DNA of 64,000 bases from Ptychomitrium polyphyllum (GCA_973851085.1 OZ316776.1:4774001-4838000); one strand, 5' to 3'; shown: positions 1-13,555, counted from the stretch's first letter. The notes: generated by a model not told the origin, from the letters alone. A program made the numbers and translations.

Positions 1-12
1 CAGAGAACCCAC

Positions 13-412
13 CACTGAGAAAGAAGGTAGGCTGAGCTAGCTTGGACGCAGGAGTTCTCCCCATGGGCGACGACAAAGGACGCTCCGCACGGGGCTCCGC
101 GCTCTCAGCATACGCCACTCCAGAGTCCGACCGCCCCACCTCCATAGCCACCGCGCCGGCTACCATCCCCGCACCCCACATTGCACAAAGAGCCTTCCTG
201 CTGCTCGTGGACTCCCCCGAACTCCCAGAGCTCCCTCCAACAGCCGCAGAGAGACATCTCCCACTGCTACTCTCACAGGTGTAACTCCCCTGCCGACTCC
301 ACAGAGACGCCGCAGCCCCACACTCCTCCAGCACGCCACCACTGCGACCGAGTCCCAACAACCGCCTCTCCACCATCAACCTCACCAGCGCCGAATTCAC
401 GTTGAACTTCAT
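13..412 (-). CDS. First coding exon of a probable mitochondrion-targeted membrane-anchored protein; gene continues beyond window start
   Basis: Open frame from ATG at 412: MKFNVNSALVRLMVERRLLGLGRS...ALCAMWGAGMVAGAVAM...VAYAESAEP...KLAQPTFFLS, then probable donor G|GTGGGT at 12. Arg/Ser/Leu-rich presequence, hydrophobic anchor and AYAE motif are typical of mitochondrial inner-membrane proteins. MICU-like identity is only a guess. Confidence 0.55.
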
Positions 413-2559
413 GATGCTCCTCCCTCCTCAAAAACCTCCCACAAGTCGATCCAAACAACCTCTACGACTGCCAGAAAAACTGAAACGATCCGCAGTCACC
501 AACCCATGATCAGGGACTTTCGTAATATGTCACAATGATCCTCGAAGTTGCAACGCGAGATTCGCATCGCATCGCATCGCAGTGCACATGAAGAAACTTG
601 GAGTTTCCGTGGCTGCGCGTGTAGACTGCATGACATCTGTCGCGCAGATCGACCTAGGATATCACATCCGACGGCGGGCATACTGTGTGACAGCGTGTAG
701 TGCGCAAACACGGCCTTGGGGGAATATTCTTCGAATCTCGGAGTCGACGGCATTGCCCATTGCCGTGGGTGGCATTCAGCGATGTGTAACGTGGTTTCAG
801 GACCCTTATAACTCTGTGAGTGATGATTTTAGGTTGCTGGATGTAGTACGAATAGAAACCTTTTAGTTCCTTGATGTCTATTTGTCCCTTTGTCCACACT
901 TGTAAAATTACTTTAAATTTTAGATTTAGAGACCTGCATTATTTACTAGCACATCTTGGATGTGATAGCAGTCATATTTGTTTTATTGATCTTGAATGCC
1001 ACCTATACTAATGAATGTTTTTGGAATATCAAAGGATATCACCATGGTATCAAAATATATTAGTTTGGTATTGTTTGGTTTTGAAGACAAAGTCTATAGA
1101 TATTCATGGGATATTTTATTTCTTATATTAGTAATTAAAGATCTTGTGTGATGAGGAGTCAAAAACTATAAAAATTATAAAAATAAATTTGAGAAATTCC
1201 ATGAATACATTCTAGTTGAAATTTTGTTTGGATTGTATATTAGTACTTGGAGTGTATTTATGTGGACAATAATGGTAGTTTAAATGAAGATACATGTTAC
1301 GGTCTTTAGATATTGTATGTATTAATAGGATAATTTAAAGGAGATATTAAAGGTACATAATAGAAATATTCTATTATTTTAGGATAATATTTTTGGGTTA
1401 TTTTAGATGTATTACTAAAAGATTTTTGAATTATTTTTTGAACATCCTATATTATTTCTAAAACAATAATTTTTATACTTTTGAGAAACATTTAAAAAAT
1501 TCTATTTAAATTTATAACATTTTATCATTATTAATAAGTGAATTCCTTAGGAATGATAGTTTGAATATTGCAATAATTCCTTCTTGCAAATTTAGGCTAC
1601 CATAATGAGCAAAATAATTTTATGCTTAAATTATTTATGATGATCATTTTTAAAAGCATTATGATAATTTCATATGTCTTTTTATTGATGAATTTTTTTA
1701 TATTCACTTTTAAGTAATTATCTTAGAAATAATTACATAAGTTAGCAGTTGGCTTAAATGTTGAATATATACCTCACTAAAATTGCAAAAGTAGAAACAT
1801 GTGAAACCAAAGTACGGTTGTAAATCCGGAGTAGTAATTCTGTATAACTGGAGCTGTGCCGACACCCATATTCTAACTCCATTAAGTCGTTTGAACTTTT
1901 GCCTTGTTGTTGACTTTGCTGAGTTTTATTTCCCAGCATGTAAACATGGTCGGCACAAGTGAGTACAGGGATTCAAAGGTCAAATAAAGACAACATAATC
2001 TACGATGCTTGACTTTATACTTGATCGACAATGTTATCGAAGCTGAATACTTTTGATCTATGTGATCGCTTGTTTGCTTCCCATGTACTTTTGTCAATCT
2101 ACAAACATTTTCTATCTGAGTAACAATACTTGCAGTGTGCAGCAGTACCTCGCATCGGAAAGGAATATGAATGCCTTAGAAGGGTCTGTACATGGCTGCC
2201 CCGACAAGTTTGTGTAGAAGCAAATTTGATTTCACGTCGATTTTTAGTCTGCTACCTTACTTTCTGAAAGCGCATTCATCCAAGCTGGTTATGTGTGGAA
2301 CGGTGATTTAGAGTTTACAAACAGAAACTAAGAGAGTTTTCACCACCTACTTAGTGCAATCTCCCAATGCTCAAAATGGCCTCGCATTCACGATCGAAAC
2401 TCCAAGTAAGTGTACCCCCTGAAGCATGCTTAACACTGAATCTTATCTATTTGAAGTGATGAACTTGTTGGCGTGATAGTTCCCACCATCCAGTTGGGAC
2501 ATGTCTAGTACACGAAATTCGAAGACATTGCTACTTCAACTTACTGATGAACGTTAAGA

Positions 2560-4810
2560 CCGCTAACCGTTACATCTAGTCCCGTATGCCTCCTGGAGGT
2601 TATCTACTTCAAGGTTCCCTCAATGAGAATCTTGGACCATGTTTCGGACGTCCTTCCACACCGCTTCACCGGGCGTTGTATAGTACTATATTGCTGCTTC
2701 TAAAGGAATCTAAATTCTTATTTAGACCTCCCAGTTCCCAATTCCCAGAAGCTGATGATTAGGGCAGCTCCAACAGACAGGACAAGACACAATAGCATAT
2801 AAAACCGAGAGTTTTCTCTTCGAAGCAGCTTGCGAAGTTAGTGCTACACCACTACGTTGAAAGTTGGTGTCATCTCGGACGTTTGCCCACACGATGTTGC
2901 TGCAGGAGTTGTACAGTACCAAGTCGATACCAGGCCCATCGTAGGTATTGTGATCCTGAGTTCCTAGAGTTGAGGCACCCAGGCCATCGTAGGTATTGTG
3001 ATCCCGCGTTCCTAGAGTTGAGGCACCCAGGCCAGTGGTATTGCTACTCCGTAGCAAAGATCGCGCGGCCTGCCACAGAACTCATCAGTTGTAGTCACCG
3101 TTTTTGGTGAATGCAAAGGTGCAGTTGTCATTGGGTATTGGCGTGTGGGGATAAGGGTGTGTCCATGAAGTGTTACTTTATCTACTTTGAGATGCCGGTG
3201 CAGAAGCGTTATATGGAGGATTAGTGTGGTAGCTGCGTTGCGCGTTAATTCCTTCGAATCTCTGCGCTTGCTTCTCGGCCATTTTTCTGCTGCCTTTCAG
3301 CAGCTCAAGTTCCTAGCTCCTTGAGAAATAAACAGGTTATCATGACCGGAGCTGTATGCCATTATTAAAATCTTTCGAGAAAGGCGATGATGGCATCAGG
3401 GATTGGTTGGTATATGTTAAGTCGCTGAAAGAAATAAGTGCATTTCACAGACATAAAAAGTATGTATGAAATGTCTGAATGACTGAATGCTTGTACTGTA
3501 AGCTTTTTCAGCCTCGTGTTAAGACTGGATGTGATGTCTACATGTTCGAGAAGTGTGTTGGTTTGGATTTACCTACTGCAGGCAACAAAGTTTGCGAGTA
3601 GCTGAGTGGCAAGTTTAGTAGATGAGACCACCTCACCTACCGCTTTTTCTCAGAACTCTTTTCGTAAAATAAATTAGATGCTCCATCAGCTGTTGCAGTA
3701 ACTGAGCTCGTATTCTTCCACTGGCTTGGCAATTTCAGAGCAATGAAATGCTGCAATAGATTAGTTTGAGGAGGGATCAGGCTATGCTCATGGACACGTT
3801 ACATCGGGTAAGTGAGTACATTGCTTGCAAGAAAAATGCACCCTCACGTTCTGTGAAAGTGGTCCACCAACTTTGTTACTTGCTGCCGACGAAAACTGTT
3901 TATGGATTCATCAACACGTCACCAGATCAACATCAGGAAAATACATTTATTATACTTCCAGAACCTTGTAAGAGTTAAGACCGCAGCACAGGATGACTAG
4001 CGTCTAGTCCATGGCAGCAACCTCTACCAATCACGTCTCGTGCAGCATATGCGTAAAGTTGAATTATAACAAGCACGTGCATTAGTTGTTGCAAAGAGAA
4101 ATATTTGAAACCTCGTCTTACTTATTTTAGTAAGCCATACTAAATCAATACACCGACTGCTCTTTACAGCTTGGACGTGACTGGATGGAGTGATGAGCCA
4201 GCTCTTCCTCAGAGCCTACATCCTCTAGCAAATTGGCAGTGACAAGCTCCTCGCACTGGTCGCAAACCCTGAGAAGCCTGTTGCAAAGCAATTCACGCAA
4301 TAAAGGGAAAACTGTCTTTGGTAGAAGCAAAGAGTTCGTGCTATAATCATGTCAACAATAAGAAACAGCGTTAGTTTGCAATCTCTCTGATTGCGTACAA
4401 GGACATGACAGTATATCTCGGGTTCTATCTCTGCGTTATATGTGGACAAAGAGCACACTCATTCTATGGAGAACAAGTGCTCTAGAAGTGCAGAATCTTG
4501 AGCCCTAAGTAAGTAGATCGAATACCAAGTGACTTTTAGCGCTGGATTCTTCTTAGAACTGAAGCAGAGTACTTCAAAAAATCTGCATAAGGAATGCCGA
4601 AACCTGGTTTAGAGTTCAAAGTTTAGCACGTTTGGGTTTATTGATATCACAATGATCGTATATATTATCAGCACTATCGAGATCTGAATCGATGATAGGC
4701 TGGACGGAAGTGTAGCAGCTGCAATGATAAACCAAAAGTAGTACAGATAGACTAATATGTATTGGATCATGGCAATTGTAATCGCAATTGCAGGGTAGAT
4801 GCGTCTCCAT
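2560..4810 (-). pseudogene. Possible decayed or orphan spliced transcription unit
   Basis: Several higher-GC exon-like blocks (about 4810-4610, 4280-4150, 3300-2805, 2700-2570) with splice-like edges but in-frame stops; related motifs DLVLYN..VWANVRD and NIVLYN..VWKDVRN occur in two blocks. No family recognised. Confidence 0.22.
2936..3034. repeat. 48-bp tandem duplication (2 copies)
   Basis: GTAGGTATTGTGATCC..TTCCTAGAGTTGAGGCACCCAGGCCA starts at 2941 and at 2989; encodes GLGASTLGT(R/Q)DHNTYD twice on the minus strand. Confidence 0.9.
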
Positions 4811-5051
4811 CTCATGAATATGATCTCTTCAGCGCCCTCTCTTAAAGATGGTAACAATCTTTGAATGTCAGAGCTTATAAGACTCAAGGTAGATGCAAAT
4901 TTGAACAACCCTCAAATTCTCTTAGTGAAATTTGAATCTTGCTCTTTATCAGCTTCATTTCTGGATCCATGCTAAGGTTGTTGCTGTATCAACGAACTGG
5001 TCAATTATCCGATCGAATCAGTTCGTCGTTTTCAAGGCTTCAATCTGCACC

Positions 5052-8000
5052 ATGGCGGCAACGCAAATTCACTCTCTCAACGGATTTGGAGGGCACAATG
5101 CAGAAGAGACGGAGGACAGTACCGCAGGACATCCGCTATTGAAGTCATGGAATCCTCCAACACAGCACAGCTTCTCAAAAACCCAGATGAAAACTCTAAC
5201 AGCTCTTTGCGATGCCTTCTCGCCATCAATTAATTATCCCGTTGCAGATTCGGCAGTGGAGGTTAGTCTTCACGATTCAGAAACGACGTCATCTCAACAG
5301 CTGAAAATTTCTGCAGGCTCAAGAAAATCTTTCAGTGACATGTCGGCGTTCTACGGCTGCTCAGCATCAGATCTGGGAGTTCCTGAAGATGTAAGTGAGT
5401 ACCAAATCCATTGAATTCTTCCGCAAGAATTTGATGACGAAGGATGTGATCTGTTTTGAAATGGAATATGGAACTTAGCTTGTGTTGGTGCTGGTTGTGA
5501 ATCGGGGCAGATTGCAGGTCTCTTGAATGTGCTCTTGAAGGCGAAGCTACTGGCGGCAGTCAGAGTCTTCCTCTGGCTATTGACCACACGACTAGGAACT
5601 GTCATCTTGGGAGGACGAGCAAGCCTCATCTGGCAATTCCCATTTTGCCAGAACTTCTCGAACCTTCCGAGAGCCAATCAGGAGTCGATCTTACGCCAAT
5701 GGTCACTGAGTATGTTCGCCAATCTGCGAGTTGTGTACAAACTTTTCAAGATGATCATCATGTGGGTTGTCTACACGAAGGTCTGTAAAAGAATTTCGAG
5801 CTACAGTTTATTCTTCAGTAATTTTATCGTCAGTTCGAAAGAGAGCACGAGCTTGGGAAAAACACGATGATATACGGAATTGCATTTGTTGCCTCTGTTT
5901 TGTACAGGTTGAGAAGAACGGACGGAATCGCAATTGGAATGGAATCGGCTACTGCGGGGCAGATCCACTTGTTACCAGTAACAGGAAATCGTCGAGTAGT
6001 TGTGCTCCTCGTGATCCGCTGAAGGACATTGTGATTGAGACCGAAGCAGCTGGAGAGAATCTTGTCAAGGTGCTCAATCGAGCTGGTGTTGCCGTCCTCG
6101 ACAACATCAGTCTCCTGAAGAAGCTAGCAACGAAGAAGGCAACGAACGTCACCAACATGGCACCGCGTTCGGAAAATCCTGTGCGGGCAGAAATGGGCAT
6201 CAGCTGCGACGTTGTGGTGGTGGGATCTGGGTGCGGGGGAGGGGTGGCAGCTAGCGTCCTTGCGAAAGCGGGTTACAAGGTGATCATTCTAGAAAAGGGG
6301 AAATATTTCACCACCGAAGACTTCTCCACTCTTGAGGGCCCCTCGCAAATGGCCATGTTCGAGAAGCTTGGCTCCCTCGCAACAGAGGATGGCGGAGTAA
6401 ACTTGGTTGCAGGTGCGACGGTGGGTGGGGGAACCGCCATCAACTGGTCTGTCTGCTTTGAAACACCACCCAATGTTCTTCAGGAGTGGAAGGACATTTC
6501 TGGGCTCGACTTGTTCACCTCAGCTCGATACTACCTCGCTATGCGTGAGGTATGGCGCCGTCTCGGAGCGCAGTCTCACGTAGCGCGGGAGAATCTGCAA
6601 AACTCCGTACTCAGAGCAGGATGCGAGAAGCTGGGTGATGAGGTCGGTACGCTCGCACGCAACACTCCTCCAGATCACGACTGTGGCTGGTGCACGTCCG
6701 GATGCCCACGCGGCCAAAAAGGGTCCACCACTGCTACTTGGCTTCTAGACGCTGCCAAATCTGGAAACGCCGTGATCATGTCCGAATGTGAAGCAGAGAC
6801 AATCCTGTACAATGCAAACAGCCCAGATGGTATACGATCACACCCACCTAAGACTCAATTTCAACCCAGTTGTAACAATTCACATCTTGATTCCCGAGAG
6901 CACTGACGTCTGCAATATTTACAATTGCTTAAAAGGATTCATTTAATGAATTGGTGGAATGCAGGGAAGAAGCGGTACAAAGCACGAGGAGTAGTGGCTA
7001 GAATTGGGAAGAGCGGAAGAAAGGTGTTCATCGAAGCGCAGGCTGTCGTTGTGGCGACAGGTTCTCTGATGACACCACCTCTGCTACTGAACAGTGGACT
7101 TCGAAATCCGAACATCGGAAAAGGGTTACATCTGCACCCTGTGGTGTTCATGTGGGGTTACTTTCCTGACGAATGTGGACCTAGCGGGACTTGCTACGAG
7201 GGCGCCATAATGACATCGTACTCTCCAATCTACAAGAAAAACTCCACTACACCAGTTGCACTCTTGGAAGTCCCATCCATGCATCCTGGCAGTTTCGCTA
7301 GTTTTCAGCCATGGACATCTGGTGAGTATGCATCTGCTAATTCAGCTCACAGACTAGAATAACAAGTCATAAGCATGTTGCAATCAGTGGTGACTACATA
7401 TGCTGCCCATTCATCTCCTCTGAATACATGGTTTACTAGTATGGTGGCGCTCTGTTGGCAGCTGCTGATTTCAAAGAAAGAATGGCTCGCTTTCCCAGGA
7501 CCGTCACGCTGTGTGTCGTCACTCGTGACGAGAGCAGCGGCCAAGTGAGCGTCGAAGCAGATGGCACACCCGTCATCACATACACTCTGAATGCAGCTGA
7601 CGAAAAAACAGCTCTAGAAGGAATCCAGAAAGGATTGCGGGTGCTGATCGCGGCGGGAGCTACCGAGATAGGAACTCACCAACAGGACGGAGAGCGGTTT
7701 TCTGTCAGAGGTGTGTATATCCTGGATACCAAACTCAAATCCAAAACTATCCAAACATCTTCAAAACAAACACTTTCAATCCCAAATGTCATTCTCATTC
7801 ATGATTGCTGTGGCTACAGACGCAAACCCTAACGACATAGAAGCCTACTTCGAGAGAGTCAAAGCCAGAGGCGCAAAGAAGAATCAGATTTCAATGGGCT
7901 CGGGCCACCACATGAGTAGCTGCAAAATGGGCAGCGATCCCAAACACTCCGTCGTCGATGGAGAAGGCGAATCGTGGGAAGTGGAGGGCCTCTTCTTGAG

Positions 8001-8133
8001 CGACGGAAGTGTCCTGCCGAGTGCAGTCGGCGTGAACCCAATGGTCACCATCCAATCCCTCGCCTACTGTATCGCCCACTCTGTTCTCCAATCTCTTCGA
8101 TCCCCGCACAAAACTTCCTTAAGGGAAGCATAA
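5052..8133 (+). CDS. FAO: Long-chain-alcohol oxidase (plant FAO family, GMC oxidoreductase), 6 exons
   Basis: Exons 5052-5390, 5511-5780, 5908-6829, 6965-7321, 7462-7710, 7820-8133 join in frame via GT-AG introns. Motifs: DVVVVGSGCGGGVAA (FAD binding), GATVGGGTAINW, CGWCTSGC, IGKGLHLHP, HHMSSCKMG, DGSVLPSAVGVNPMVTI. Confidence 0.93.
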
Positions 8134-8291
8134 CCACAATCAACTAATTCTTATTGGATGGGTCATTGAATACTCTGTCTCATACTAGTGCGGCAATTAA
8201 AGATTAGAAACCATCAATGTCACAAGTAAAAGATTTGTGAGAGCTCATCAATCTTACAAAATTGGTTTACTGAAACCTTGTTTGGAAATGG

Positions 8292-8672
8292 CTACCCTTT
8301 CTGTAGTTGCGTCTGCGCTCTTGCAATGCAAGATTCGGTAACATGGCTACCAGGCAATAGCAAAAGTGGGTCAGTTCCAAGCTCTCGACTACAAGCGGCT
8401 TGCAGAACCTCCCATTGCGTTGGGTCACCAAGGTACGTCTCGCTCAAATCCCACAGCGTGTCGCCTTCCTCAACCCTACCCCAGTTTTCCTTCTTCTGTA
8501 TCTTGATCGCTTCTCTGTCTTCAGAGCCCACTGCTGCAACAGCCTCCTTTACTGTTCCTGCCGTTTCTTTCACAGCTTCTGTTGCAGCTCCTGTCGCCCC
8601 CTGCACTGCCCTGGCTGTCGACTCTGCTAGCGATGGAGGAGCCTCCGCGTCTCTGCTAACTTGCTGTCCCAT
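8292..8672 (-). CDS. 126-aa single-exon LysM-domain protein with Ala/Thr/Glu-rich helical N-terminus and MGxxxS N-myristoylation motif
   Basis: VEEGDTLWDLSETYLGDPTQWEVLQAA...DPLLLLPG fits the LysM pattern. In-frame TGA two codons upstream fixes the ATG. A probable 5'-UTR splice acceptor (TGCAG) lies at 8700-8696. Confidence 0.75.
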   Translation of the reverse strand: MGQQVSRDAEAPPSLAESTARAVQGATGAATEAVKETAGTVKEAVAAVGSEDREAIKIQKKENWGRVEEGDTLWDLSETYLGDPTQWEVLQAACSRELGTDPLLLLPGSHVTESCIARAQTQLQKG

Positions 8673-10224
8673 GGCTCACAGCTAAAAACCTTTCGCTGCA
8701 GATAATTTAGGGATTCTTATGTCAAACCTAAACTGGTTTTGAAAAGTCGCAACAAGAATATACATTCTAGAGACAACCAAGTAATTGATTGGAAGCTGAC
8801 ACCTTTGCAGTTGCAAAACTTGTGTAAATGAAGCAATTGGAGTAAAAAGAGAAAGCATTTACAATCGTTACTTTGTCAATAAAGAGTTTAGGTTGTGAGC
8901 AACTAGCTATTGAAACTGACCCGCAATTACGTAGCTCGACCAATGTGTGGGCAGCTCGAAGGATTCTTTGAGCCGCTAACACTTGAGATTTTCAATATAT
9001 GATTTGAGGTCTCTGTACCGAATTATCCTTCACTCTGGCACTACTTTGTTGCAAACCGAGAGTAAGCTGTTGCTTCAAGAGCACTTAAGCTTCCAGTTCC
9101 AAAAGGTGGCTTGTCCATACTCAGGAAATATCTTAATTGTCAATCTTCCAGCTTCTGGATCCGAAGAATAGTGAATGTTGGATCACCAAGCATCCCATGG
9201 CCATACGTTTTCTTGGTAAGGGATGGAGTGATCGATCCACTTGTGTGATAGGAATTTGATATTTTTGCACTATCCTAAATTCTTCGACAAATGATTGGAT
9301 AAAGTGGCCTTTAGTGTTCAGCGGTGCAGAAGTGAGGCATGGACCCGTGAACGTAAAGGAATTTGTTCGCTTCTGTACTGTACTTATGTTACAGTGATAG
9401 GCCCATTCTTTGTCAAGTTTGATATAATTGCTGAGTAAGAAAAGGTTATGTACTTTTCAAGTGTTTTCAAGGGACATGATTAGACAAAAAACAGTGTCAC
9501 AAGTTGTGTTAGCTTGCAATGGTAAGTACTGTCGCTCTACTAAGTATGGGATAGAGAGTAAATTGTATTACAGAGCAATTCCAATGCTCGTCATTACAGA
9601 TTCCATGTAACTTGAAATTGTAAATAACTTATTTATCATATGAAATAAAATATACATATTGTTCGATTCAGAAGGTACTAATATTATTGTGATTGCTTTA
9701 CAAATAAGGACTTAATTCTGCGCACTGCAGATTGTGCAATATACTTTTGAAATGGCCCTATCACTCCAGAATTCTGTCTTGCCGTTTTCTTTCGAAGTAC
9801 TCAATATTCGTTGTACTTCACGTAATTCAAGATCAAATACAACTGTTATGGACTAGGACTAATATCAAGATATAAAGGTTTCTCTGACATATGCCCACAT
9901 CATTCAACATTATACAAGTTACAGACATGATTTCCGAAAAAGAGTTCGAAGCTACAACAGTCATTATTTTATAGGCTAGGAATCCCAAAATCACCTTTTG
10001 GAGAGGGGATTACCCACCGGCAATAAATTACATTGCAAATTTCTACAACCAAAGCGAAGGAAAGGGTTGACACCGCATTACGATGATATCATCACCTCTT
10101 CTATATACAAAACCCCTCACTGTCCCTGGTCGGCTGTGAAAAACCACAACTTTGCCTAGGTTTTTTACAAGTACATATTTGATACAGAGTTGTTAGGATA
10201 AGAATACAATTTTCCTCACTACAT

Positions 10225-11948
10225 TTATTGGTCCTTAGAGGTGTTCTCTTCTGCTCCCCCTTTAGAGACTAGAACTAACACTCCCTCTTCACTTGCTTCC
10301 AATCTCTGTTGCGCTTTTTCATTTGCGAACATAGAGAGAATGGTTACCCAGACAATCTCCACACAGTCTACCCACAGCAAACGCTGTTCTACTGGCACCA
10401 AACCGTACGTAACAAGATGTGCAAAAGGCCACAACTTCCAACCGGCCTGCACATGTCATATTTATATGTTAGATGATTCAAATATAAACTCTTATAGTTT
10501 CATACAAACAATCCTAAGTCAAATAAATCTGAGAAAAAGCTAGTAAAGCATAAAGAATATGCAAGTCTTTGTAAAATTTTGAATGCAGAAGATCAATATG
10601 CCATATCTTACCGTCAGACAAGGGAAAAATGTTGCTTTTAAATCGTTGAAAATTCTCACTGGGGACTCGAACCGGAGCAATCCAAGAGCAATAAAGTAAA
10701 TGCTATTCCAAATGGCCGACCAGATAGTCTGATCAAACGCTACTTTCAACGGAACCACCCACCATCCTTGAAATGGGAACAAAAACTGCACATTCATATC
10801 ATGTAAAAATATTTCAGCATTTTGCTATTATCCCCATTACAACGAACAGCCAGAAATACAGACAATCTCCAAGACAAATGCACGAGGGCATAAATCTACT
10901 GGACGGTAAGAATATACATACCTCACAAACATGATAATAATGATGCGATAAAGAGCCGTGCAGACAGAACCCGACTAGACCCGATCTCAAAAGCCTTACT
11001 CTGCTAAACTCGAGAACTGGCTTCCCCTCTACACACTGCAAACAAAAGGAACAAGTATTAGACACGAAACCGCCTAGCAAATTCATGAATTTCCAAGTCT
11101 AAAATCAAGTAATAACAGAATCAACTCAGGATGTAGTTTCGGAAGAAAGAAATTACCTGCCCAATCCAGTCTCCAATCGAGTAAACAATTCCACTAATAG
11201 TCATCTTCGCCAAAATTGGGTTACTCTGAAGCACTTCCTCATAAGCATGCCAGCTATGGAGGGGAGCATACTTGAGAACCTCAAACATAGTCCACCCATG
11301 CCAGACATCGTGGTCGACGGTGACAGCCTTCGTAAATCCATAAGAAATGGCTGCTCCAGCCAAGAGGGCGTTAAAAGCCCTGTCAATTAACCTATTCTCT
11401 TCGTCCTCAGATTTTGTAAACCACAATAACTTGGGTCTGTACATGACCGCAGACATGGCTTGAACCTCAGTCCCTATCATAGCATCCATCATCTCCAGAC
11501 TCAACTGGTTACCAGAGCCAAAGCCACCAACAGGTTGCGGTCTGTCGCTGTCAAGCAACTCCGCCAGCGTTGTGTTCAACCCATTTGCAGTCCCCTTGTC
11601 TTCGGGCAAGGCTTGCACTACTGAAACATTCCGTACATTGCTGTCGACACCAGAGACCGCAATATCTTCCTCCACCCACCGCAAATTATTAGAGCTAGAA
11701 CTTTTGCCTAAACTACCCGAAGTAGTCGGCGAAGAGCTGTCGCCAGGTAAACTCGAGCATCTCGTTGAGGCGCCGCTCTTAATAGAACCAACAAAGTCCG
11801 CAACACGAGAGTACCCACCCTTCTTCGCAAACGAGACTCTTCCCTTGCCGAATGAAATCCTTTCCGGCAGACCGCTCAATCCCCTCACATCTCTCCCAAA
11901 CCCCTGCCCTACCACAGATCCCACACATGCAGGACTCACCGATGCCAT
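10225..11948 (-). CDS. Mpv17/PMP22 family membrane protein with probable plastid transit peptide, 4 exons
   Basis: Exons 11948-11157, 11035-10922, 10785-10612, 10446-10225 in frame. Motifs NPILAKMTISGIVYSIGDWIGQ, GSLSHHYY, KVAFDQTIWSAIWNSIYF, AGWKLWPFAHLVTYG..QRLLWVDCVE. Ser/Gly/Arg-rich N-terminus starting MASVS. Confidence 0.92.
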
Positions 11949-13555
11949 CCCTCCACAAAAATAAACAAAATTACTCCCAACAATCACTCTCCACAACAAC
12001 CACACCTCGAAACTCCCACCTTGTCGCCCGCCCCCAACCGCACCCAAAACTCAAACCTTGACAAACTCACCAACTCCTTGAAAAACTAAAAATAAAGCCT
12101 AAACTTGATGGAAAAATAAAAGAGACCCCAACGCCACCACCAACACCACCACTACACTGAGCCCGCCGCACGAGCTCGCACGCCGTGCAATGAAACAGTT
12201 CGAAACTCACGCTCCGGCCTTGGAGGAAGCGTGCGGAGCGTCCTCCTTATGAACCTCCTCTCGCCTTCGCTGCGATTCCAACCCTGCATGCCATCCACAT
12301 AGATCCAGATTTGTACCTCTAATCATACCTTAACCCTGCTTAACGCCTCCTTAATCAATAATCGAGCGTCATTAGCCTCCAATCCAGAAACACACATCGC
12401 AGCACGGCTACTATAGTAAAAACAACCAAGACTATCTATGACTTCACTAGACTTCTGTTTCTCAGATGTCCGCACTGGCTAGCTGCTATCGGTTCTCGGT
12501 ACAGACGAAATTTGGATATAGGCCTCCTAGAAGGCGAGATTCGCAAGTCGGCAGGAGTTAATGGAGTATTTAATTGTGATTAGTGAAAGATTCGGCCTCG
12601 GAGGACCACACGGCGGAGAAGCGGTGATGGCCGTCGGATGAGCCGTTCTGAAAAACCAGGTGAGAAATGAGACACATTGCTGAATTTAAGTGGGGTAGCT
12701 GATTCTTACCCAATCGGCTGCGGTCGAAACTATATGAGTGTAGCCAGATGGCGATGTCTGCGGCTCGGAGGGTGTCCAGGTGGCCACAGGCCGCGATCGG
12801 GAGGTGCCAATTCCGCGTGGAAAAGGGGTGAGTTGGAAAGGAGGTGGCAGTCCTGACCGTCAATTGCGAGGGCACAGTTGGAGATGCGACTGGAAGGTGA
12901 TTGGTATGAATCGGCGATCCCCATAAACGGTCGTCATTGCTCCGCTTCATGCATGCTGGCAGTTGCGTAGTTCAGGCATCTTTTGTCAAAGATGATTGAT
13001 TTTTTTGGAGTGCTGGCGATTGGTTGAGTTCACGTATTAGCTGTCGATCACTGCGTTGCCGTGACATGATAGGCTGGTTTGGGACTCATGAAAGGAGTTC
13101 GTGAGATTGTGGGAATTGAGGGAGGTTTCTGAAACTTGTTAGGTTTGGTCCATGGGTTTCGTATTTCGGCGAGGATTTGAGTAGGCTTATGGGCAAAAGT
13201 ATTCTACCACTTTGACCTAGTAATCCGTGGTGGCGTTCACACGAGGGTGAAATATTTGATGGCATTACTGGTATGGGATGCTTTTCACACCGAGGGATCC
13301 CACCAATAGCCTCCAACTTTTTTGAACAATGAGAAGTACGATTGTAATGAGGAGGTTGAAAAGTAAGTGGCTGATAACTCTGCAATCATGAAGTACAAGT
13401 TTATATAAGCAAGAAATTATTGGATTCAAATTTAATTTAATTTAAGCACATGCAAATTTGAAGGAAAATAAGAATACAAAGTTATGAAACATGTGATAAT
13501 AAAGATGTATGACCTATCCAAATGTCCAATGAAACTTGATTGCATGGTTATTAAA

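Noticed and set aside
8278..8685. Plus-strand 135-aa ORF and similar antisense ORFs over FAO, Mpv17, TMKL1 and ATL exons
   Set aside because: Shadows of real coding sequence on the opposite strand.
12570..13385. ORFs upstream of the Mpv17/PMP22 gene
   Set aside because: Promoter-like sequence; translations lack family motifs and exon structure.
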